64,000 bases of DNA from Planctomycetota bacterium (GTDB lineage Bacteria > Planctomycetota > PLA2 > JAEUHO01): NCBI GenBank assembly GCA_965222115.1, contig CBDCTJ010000007.1, positions 1,024,001 through 1,088,000 on the forward strand, read 5' to 3'. Positions within the stretch are counted from its first letter, which is position 1, and the number at the start of each line of letters is the position of its first letter. Positions 58,555 to 64,000 of the stretch are shown piece after piece. Under the pieces are notes generated by a model. It searched no databases. It saw only the letters and a program-made list of their open reading frames with translations, and was not told the DNA's origin. A program made the position numbers and the translations under genes.

Positions 58555-58643
58555 GCCGGGGTGGCGGAATTGGCAGACGCGCTAGACTAAGGATCTAGTG
58601 GAACGAAAGTTCCTTGAGGGTTCGAGTCCCTCTCCCGGCACCA
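58555..58643 (+). tRNA. tRNA-Leu, anticodon AAG (89 nt, long variable arm, encoded CCA)
   Basis: Acceptor GCCGGGG/TCCCGGC + A73 + CCA; D loop with GG; anticodon arm CTAGA-CTAAGGA-TCTAG; variable arm GGAAC-GAAA-GTTCC; T arm GAGGG-TTCGAGT-CCCTC. Confidence 0.95.
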
Positions 58644-58680
58644 CTCGCCTCGCATGAAGAAGCGCGCGCACCATCGCCAT

Positions 58681-58833
58681 GCGCCAAGAAAACCAGGTAT
58701 TTCTGGCGCACCCGGCGGAAGCGTCGAGAGGGCGGCGCGCAGCGAATGGCTCCCTCGGGAGCGATGCGCCACAAAAGCCAGGCTTTTGTGGCGCGTGTCG
58801 GCGTGCGCCACGAATACCAGGTATTTTTGGCGC
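58681..58833. repeat. Three 29-bp palindromic (REP-like) repeats
   Basis: GCGCCA-N6-CCAGG-N6-TGGCGC at 58681-58709, 58766-58794 and 58805-58833. Confidence 0.85.
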
Positions 58834-59027
58834 GTCATGGGGATGTCATGAGTTTGTGCGCGTTGTCTGGAGAGTAGAAGGGCGCCGACCGATCCCTAGA
58901 GGCGTATAGCACGCTTGCCGCGCTTGGTTCTTCCGGTCTGTCCACAAGTCTGACTTGTACTGAGTCTGACGTGTACTGGGCGGGCGTTCCGAGCACGCGA
59001 CCCGGCAGGTGAGGGAGGTGCGAAACC

Positions 59028-60365
59028 ATGAAGTCGCGTTCACGCTGCGTTTCATTCTTTGCCTTGGCCGCCGTCCTATTGATGGGCGTGGGCTGTTCCA
59101 CTCTCGGTCTGCCCGACGATCCGCTCGGCGTATCTCGGTTGGGCGATCCCCTGGCCTTCCTCGATGGTGATGCATCGTGCAAGACCTGCTCGGTGCCCAA
59201 AGCGGGCGACTGCGAATCGTGTGGCGTACCCGGCTCGGCCCCAGTTGCCGACGCCGAACCTGCCACTGTGCCCGCCGTCGCGTCGAAGCCCAGTGACGGA
59301 TGCGCGGCAGGCTGTGCACCACCCGCGCCTGCCATCGCGCCCAACGTGGCGACCGTGCCCGTGAATTACGCTCCGGTGCCTGCGACATACGGACCTGCCC
59401 GTCCCGCCGACGCGCGTCCGGGCGAAGTCTACTGCTATGTCCAAGTGCCGCCGGAGTCCCGCGTCGTAGACGAGCGCTATTGCGTGTCGCCCGCGTCGTG
59501 CACAAAGCAATGGGTTCCCGCCGTCAAGCGAGCGGTTACCCGCAACGTCTGTGTGCGCCCCGCCTCGTGCCGCAACGTCCCGGTGCCCGCGGAGTACGAG
59601 AATCGAACCCGCCAAGTACTCGTGCGCCCTGCGTCCATGAAGTGGGTCAAGGTAGCGTGCAATCCGACCAAGATCGGTGCTGGTGAGCGTGTTGGTGCGT
59701 GTTGGACGCTTCAAGAGCAACCCGCCGAGTACCGCACGGTCAATGAACGTGTCTGTGTACGCCCCGCCACCTATCAACGTCAAGCGATTCCTGCTGAGTA
59801 CCGCACCGAGACCCGCGAAGTCGTGGTGCGCCGTGGCTACTACCGCCAAGTGCCAGTTCCTGCGCAGTATGGAACGCGGCAACGCACCGTTACTGTGCGA
59901 CCCGCTCGTTGGGAATGGCGCCGCCAGTCGGAGTGTGAGATTCCCGGTATGACGCCCGCGCCTACGGCTCCCCAACCAAATGCAGCGCCCGGACCTGGCA
60001 TGCCGATCGAAACCGCCCCCGCGGCATCGGCGAATCCCGTCGAGCCCGGTGCTGCCGCTGACATGCCGCCAACGGGGACACTTTCTCCTCTTCCGCCCAA
60101 CCACAATCCCTACTACGGCGCGCCCACTGTGCCGGCACCGCTTTACACCGATCCCGGTAGTAACGTCTTGCCGCCTCCGTCCGTTGGTTCGCCGCCGTCT
60201 GCGTTGCCCGAGATGCCCGCTGCGCCTGCCGAGCCCTTGCCGGTCACGGAACCCGCCGCGCAGCCCGAGGCGCCCATGCCCGCGCCCACGCCGCCTGGCG
60301 GCGAAGGAACGGATGCCGGTGCCGGTGATCTGCCGCCCATTGAGACGTACGACGACGACAAGTAG
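59028..60365 (+). CDS. Cys-rich lipoprotein with V(C/L)VRPA...PAEY repeats and a Pro-rich tail
   Basis: GGGAGG RBS; lipobox MGVGC; CxxC clusters; ARPGEVYC; ~6 repeat units; Pro/Ala-rich acidic C-terminus. Confidence 0.75.
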   Translation: MKSRSRCVSFFALAAVLLMGVGCSTLGLPDDPLGVSRLGDPLAFLDGDASCKTCSVPKAGDCESCGVPGSAPVADAEPATVPAVASKPSDGCAAGCAPPAPAIAPNVATVPVNYAPVPATYGPARPADARPGEVYCYVQVPPESRVVDERYCVSPASCTKQWVPAVKRAVTRNVCVRPASCRNVPVPAEYENRTRQVLVRPASMKWVKVACNPTKIGAGERVGACWTLQEQPAEYRTVNERVCVRPATYQRQAIPAEYRTETREVVVRRGYYRQVPVPAQYGTRQRTVTVRPARWEWRRQSECEIPGMTPAPTAPQPNAAPGPGMPIETAPAASANPVEPGAAADMPPTGTLSPLPPNHNPYYGAPTVPAPLYTDPGSNVLPPPSVGSPPSALPEMPAAPAEPLPVTEPAAQPEAPMPAPTPPGGEGTDAGAGDLPPIETYDDDK

Positions 60366-60444
60366 TCACACGTAGTCGCCCAATACACGCTGCAGCTCAG
60401 CGCCTCGCGGTGGCGCTTCCTCGGATTCGAGTACGCTTTCGCTC

Positions 60445-62937
60445 ATGCGTAAGTCAAAGGACCGGGTCGTGGCCAAGCTTCAAAGCAACATCTGCGTTGC
60501 GTTGATTGCATGCGTAATGGCGTTTGGAGTTGCGAACTCGCGTGTTCGCGCCGAAGACGGCCATACCGCGCCCGCCAAGAAGAAGGGCGCACCGGTGAAC
60601 GAGAATCGCCTTGCGAAGGAGCGGAGTCCCTACCTCCGCCAACACAAGAACAATCCGGTGGACTGGTACCCATGGGGTCCCGAGGCGTTTGCCGAAGCCA
60701 AGAAGAAGAACAAACTCATCTTCTTGTCGATTGGCTATGCCGCGTGCCATTGGTGCCACGTGATGGAACATGAGTCGTTTGAAGACGCCGCAACGGCTGA
60801 GGTCATGAACGACGCGTTCGTCTGCGTAAAGGTGGATCGCGAAGAGCGGCCCGACATCGACCGTGTGTATATGGATGTTGTTCAATATCTCCGTGGACAG
60901 GGCGGGTGGCCTCTCACGGCGTTCTTGACGCCCGACGGTCGTCCATTTTGGGCCGAAACGTACATGCCCGCCGCCAATGTCCGCGACATTGCGGGCAAGC
61001 TCACCAAACTGTGGCGTGAGGACGCTGAACGGATTAAGCATCAAGCCGCTCAAATCGCAGCGCATATCAATCAAGACCAACGCGGGTCCGATGCCGACGA
61101 TCTATCGGAGTCCGCGCGGGATATGGTTGAAGCGCTGCGGACGGCAATGAAGGCACGCTTTGATGCGGACCACGGCGGCTTTGGCCGACCTACCGGTCCC
61201 GTCAAGCAGCGCGTGTACGTGTACAAACCGAAGTTTCCGCCACACGCCGCATTGCTCTACGGGCTGGAGAACAAAGGCGCGCGCAGCGACAACGACGAAC
61301 GGGCCAATTTGCGCGCGACGTTGCACGCCATGACGCAGGGCGGCATCCATGATCATGTGGGCGGCGGATTTCATCGCTACAGCACAGACCGCGAGTGGTT
61401 GCTGCCCCATTTCGAAAAAATGCTTTATGACAATGCGCTCTTGCTGCAGGCCTATGCCGAGGGGTACGCGTTGTTTGGCGATGCATCGTTTCGCCGCGTA
61501 GCAGAACGCTTGGTGGGGTGGCTCGATCGAGAGATGAAGCGTCCCGGCGGTGGCTATGCGTCAAGTTTGGATGCCGATACAGACGGGGAAGAGGGAACGA
61601 CCTATACGTGGACCTTTGACGAGCTGAAGGCGGCCATGGGTGAAAACAGCGAAGGGCTCAGCGCGTTGGTGTTGGTGAGCAACGTTGGCGAGAAAGGCAA
61701 CTTCCTCGACGAAGCCACTCATAAGTTCACCGGTCGCAATGTGCTGCACGTGGCGAACGCGTTTGCCGCTGTAGCGAAGTCATGGGACGGCAAAGACGAA
61801 GCGGCCGTTCGCGATACCTATCACAAGGCGCTCGATCAACTCTTGCCCACCCGCATCAAGCGCCCGCAACCCGGACTCGATGACAAAGTCATCGCGGGCT
61901 GGAATGGCCTGCTCGTGTCGGCCATGGCCCGTGCCAGCAAGCCGCTGGGTCGTCCCGACATGTTGGCGTCTGCAAAGGAACTCGGCTCGTTTCTTTGGAC
62001 AACGTGCCGCGACGAGCACGGTGCGCTACTGCGGTTTCCCATGGGTTCCGGTTCGTCCATCCCTGCATTTTGCGAAGACTACGTACACGTCATGGAGGGG
62101 TTCCTCGACTTGCACGAACACGACGTGGGTGGCGAGTGGCTCAAGCGCGCCGACGCACTGGGCGCCATGTTGCTTGCTGAGTTCGAAGACAAACAGGACG
62201 GCGGGTTCTGGTTGTCATCATTGAAGCGCGGTGAGAAGCTCTTCGCGCGATCGAAGGAGGCTTGGGACAGCCCGATTCCCTCCGATAACGGCACGGCGGC
62301 ACGCGCCTGCCTACGGCTTCATGCACTCACCGGCGAAACTGCGTACTTGCGTGCCGCCCGCAGAACGCTGCGGGCCTATCGGCCCATGATGTCGCGTGTC
62401 CACATGGCCCCGGGCCTGATTTCGTTGTTTCGTGCCATGAGCGACGCACCCAAGGAGGGAATGACCTCCGCGGCCGATCTTCAAGTGCAGGGTTCACACT
62501 ATTCCACCGAGTTGTTCGTCAACCGCCTTGTTGCCAAGCCGGGCAGCACGCTCGATGTGCTTGTCCGCGTCCGGATGGATCCGCGGTGGCATGTTGTGGC
62601 GTCCAAGGATGCGCTGACGCTCACGGTGGAGAAGGATAGCGATGCCGCAACACTTGAGGGTGTGCGTCTACCAACACCCGCAACACGGACGGTTGCCGGT
62701 GACGCCATGGCGGTACACGATGGGGTCATTGATGTTCGCGCCTCGCTCCGCCTCCCCGAGAAGGCGCCCTCGGACGTGACGCGCATTCCGATTCGCTTGC
62801 GCCTCCAACCCTGCACGACGGATCGTTGCCTCGATGCCGACGTCATTGCCCTGGACCTTTCGATTGAGGTGTCCGATTCGAACGGACCCCTTCAGCACGC
62901 CTCCATGTGGCAAGAGGGGACAGCGGCGACCAAGTGA
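60445..62937 (+). CDS. YyaL/SSP411 (DUF255) thioredoxin-domain protein with signal peptide and C-terminal DsbD-N-like domain
   Basis: [50 protein letters not shown]...WNGL; C-terminal QPCTTDRC. Confidence 0.9.
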   Translation: MRKSKDRVVAKLQSNICVALIACVMAFGVANSRVRAEDGHTAPAKKKGAPVNENRLAKERSPYLRQHKNNPVDWYPWGPEAFAEAKKKNKLIFLSIGYAACHWCHVMEHESFEDAATAEVMNDAFVCVKVDREERPDIDRVYMDVVQYLRGQGGWPLTAFLTPDGRPFWAETYMPAANVRDIAGKLTKLWREDAERIKHQAAQIAAHINQDQRGSDADDLSESARDMVEALRTAMKARFDADHGGFGRPTGPVKQRVYVYKPKFPPHAALLYGLENKGARSDNDERANLRATLHAMTQGGIHDHVGGGFHRYSTDREWLLPHFEKMLYDNALLLQAYAEGYALFGDASFRRVAERLVGWLDREMKRPGGGYASSLDADTDGEEGTTYTWTFDELKAAMGENSEGLSALVLVSNVGEKGNFLDEATHKFTGRNVLHVANAFAAVAKSWDGKDEAAVRDTYHKALDQLLPTRIKRPQPGLDDKVIAGWNGLLVSAMARASKPLGRPDMLASAKELGSFLWTTCRDEHGALLRFPMGSGSSIPAFCEDYVHVMEGFLDLHEHDVGGEWLKRADALGAMLLAEFEDKQDGGFWLSSLKRGEKLFARSKEAWDSPIPSDNGTAARACLRLHALTGETAYLRAARRTLRAYRPMMSRVHMAPGLISLFRAMSDAPKEGMTSAADLQVQGSHYSTELFVNRLVAKPGSTLDVLVRVRMDPRWHVVASKDALTLTVEKDSDAATLEGVRLPTPATRTVAGDAMAVHDGVIDVRASLRLPEKAPSDVTRIPIRLRLQPCTTDRCLDADVIALDLSIEVSDSNGPLQHASMWQEGTAATK

Positions 62938-62988
62938 CGTAGCTTGCACGTGCGATAGGTATTGTCATCGAGGAGGCTCACAAGAAGC

Positions 62989-63384
62989 ATGACCGCAGAT
63001 CCCATCAGTGCCACGAACGCGGTCGATCTGCTTGAGGTCTTTGAGAATCCGGCACCGAAACGCGACTATCGCATTGTGCATACGGTGCGCGAGTTCACGT
63101 CGATGTGCCCCATCACGGGACATCCCGACTTTGCCACGATTCACGTGAGCTACATCCCCGACGCAGTCTGCGTAGAACTCAAGAGCCTCAAACTCTACTT
63201 TCATAGCTACCGCAACGTGGGCGTGTTCTACGAAGCGTTGATCAATCGCGTCACCGATGATTTGGTGGCTTGTATGAATCCGCGTCGGCTTGTTGTGCGT
63301 GGGTCGTTCCGAGGGCGCGGCGGCATTTCATCGGTCATCAAAGCGGGGTACAGACAGCCCGAGAGCAGGGACGGATCCGCATGA
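62989..63384 (+). CDS. queF: NADPH-dependent preQ0 reductase (type I QueF)
   Basis: EFTSMCPITGHPDFA, VELKSLKLYF.SYRN, RGGI. Confidence 0.93.
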   Translation: MTADPISATNAVDLLEVFENPAPKRDYRIVHTVREFTSMCPITGHPDFATIHVSYIPDAVCVELKSLKLYFHSYRNVGVFYEALINRVTDDLVACMNPRRLVVRGSFRGRGGISSVIKAGYRQPESRDGSA

Positions 63385-63998
63385 GTCAAGGCGAAGAACG
63401 CGCGCTCCATGCGGCCAGTGTCCTCACGCGCGAGCAGCAGCATAAGATTATTGAAGCCAGTGCGGCCCTACACACCACGTTGGAACTCGGCGCGCTGTTG
63501 CAAGTCATCCTCAATGCGGCGGCCGATGGTGTTGAGGCCGAGCGCGGCACGGTGTTCTTGGTATCGCAAGACGGCAACGAGTTGTGGTCGCGCGTCATGG
63601 ACGGCGAGCAGAGCCTTGAGATTCGGTTACCGATGGGCAAGGGCATCGCGGGCGCCGTGGGGGCCACCGGCGAAACTATTCGCATTGCCGACGCCTACGA
63701 TGACGCGCGCTTCGATCAGTCTTGGGATAAGAAGTCGGGCTTTCGCACGCGGCAGATTCTTGCTGCCCCCATTCGCAATCGACAGGGCGAAACGGTGGGT
63801 GTGTTTCAACTGCTCAACAAGCGCAAGGGCGATTTTGGCGAAGGCGATGAAGCCTACTTGGAGGCGCTTTCATTGCACGCGGCCTTAGCCGTAGAAAACG
63901 CGACGCTCCACGAATCCGAGTTGGAGCGCGAGCGGCAGGATCGCGAGATTGCGATGCTGGAAGAAGTTCAGCGTTCCTTTCAGCCCGAAACGCAAACG
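63381..63998 (+). CDS. GAF-domain protein, probably a SpoIIE/PP2C phosphatase; 3'-truncated and absent from the ORF track
   Basis: ATGA overlap with queF; open to the window end. AERGTVFLV, GKGIAG.V..TGE.IRI.DAY.D.RF, SGFRT, VFQLLNK, ENA.LH, then EI....EVQRSF.P. Confidence 0.85.
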   Translation, partial: MSQGEERALHAASVLTREQQHKIIEASAALHTTLELGALLQVILNAAADGVEAERGTVFLVSQDGNELWSRVMDGEQSLEIRLPMGKGIAGAVGATGETIRIADAYDDARFDQSWDKKSGFRTRQILAAPIRNRQGETVGVFQLLNKRKGDFGEGDEAYLEALSLHAALAVENATLHESELERERQDREIAMLEEVQRSFQPETQT

Positions 63999-64000
63999 CG

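Noticed and set aside
58681-58833. Possible mini CRISPR array
   Set aside because: Spacers are 56 and 10 bp, the repeats diverge, and no cas genes are in the window.
58555-59027. Integrative element at the tRNA
   Set aside because: No integrase and no duplicated tRNA 3' end seen in the window.
63409-63888. 159-aa ORF listed in the track
   Set aside because: Wrong frame; the real gene is the GAF protein starting at 63381 and running off the window.

Overview
GC-rich (roughly 60%) bacterial chromosome segment. The gene repertoire points by inference to a Planctomycetota-type organism: ECF sigma/Ser-Thr kinase pair, ECF sigma fused to carboxypeptidase-regulatory-like repeats, FGE-fold and YyaL proteins. 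Housekeeping genes include elbB (partial), mrp, speA, ribBA, livKHMGF-queC, clpP, polA, hbd-crt-thiolase, a LeuD-LeuC fusion with leuB, queF and a tRNA-Leu. An accessory block at ~21-41 kb holds four ECF sigma factors, each with a different regulatory partner. Most notable: (1) an intact tRNA-Leu with anticodon AAG (A34, rare in bacteria), in genes that use CTT often; (2) a RAYT/Y1-HUH transposase bracketed by inverted arrays of a 32-bp unit, next to a divergent, strongly structured ~210-nt leader with two C(UUCG)G hairpins and a possible terminator switch; (3) three more repeat families: a covarying ~100-bp duplicated structure, degenerate inverted repeats around a small gene, and 29-bp palindromes after the tRNA; (4) an origin-like G/C skew flip at two repeat loci; (5) a cyclophilin with a degenerate active site. 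All calls come from reading the sequence by eye; no searches were run.
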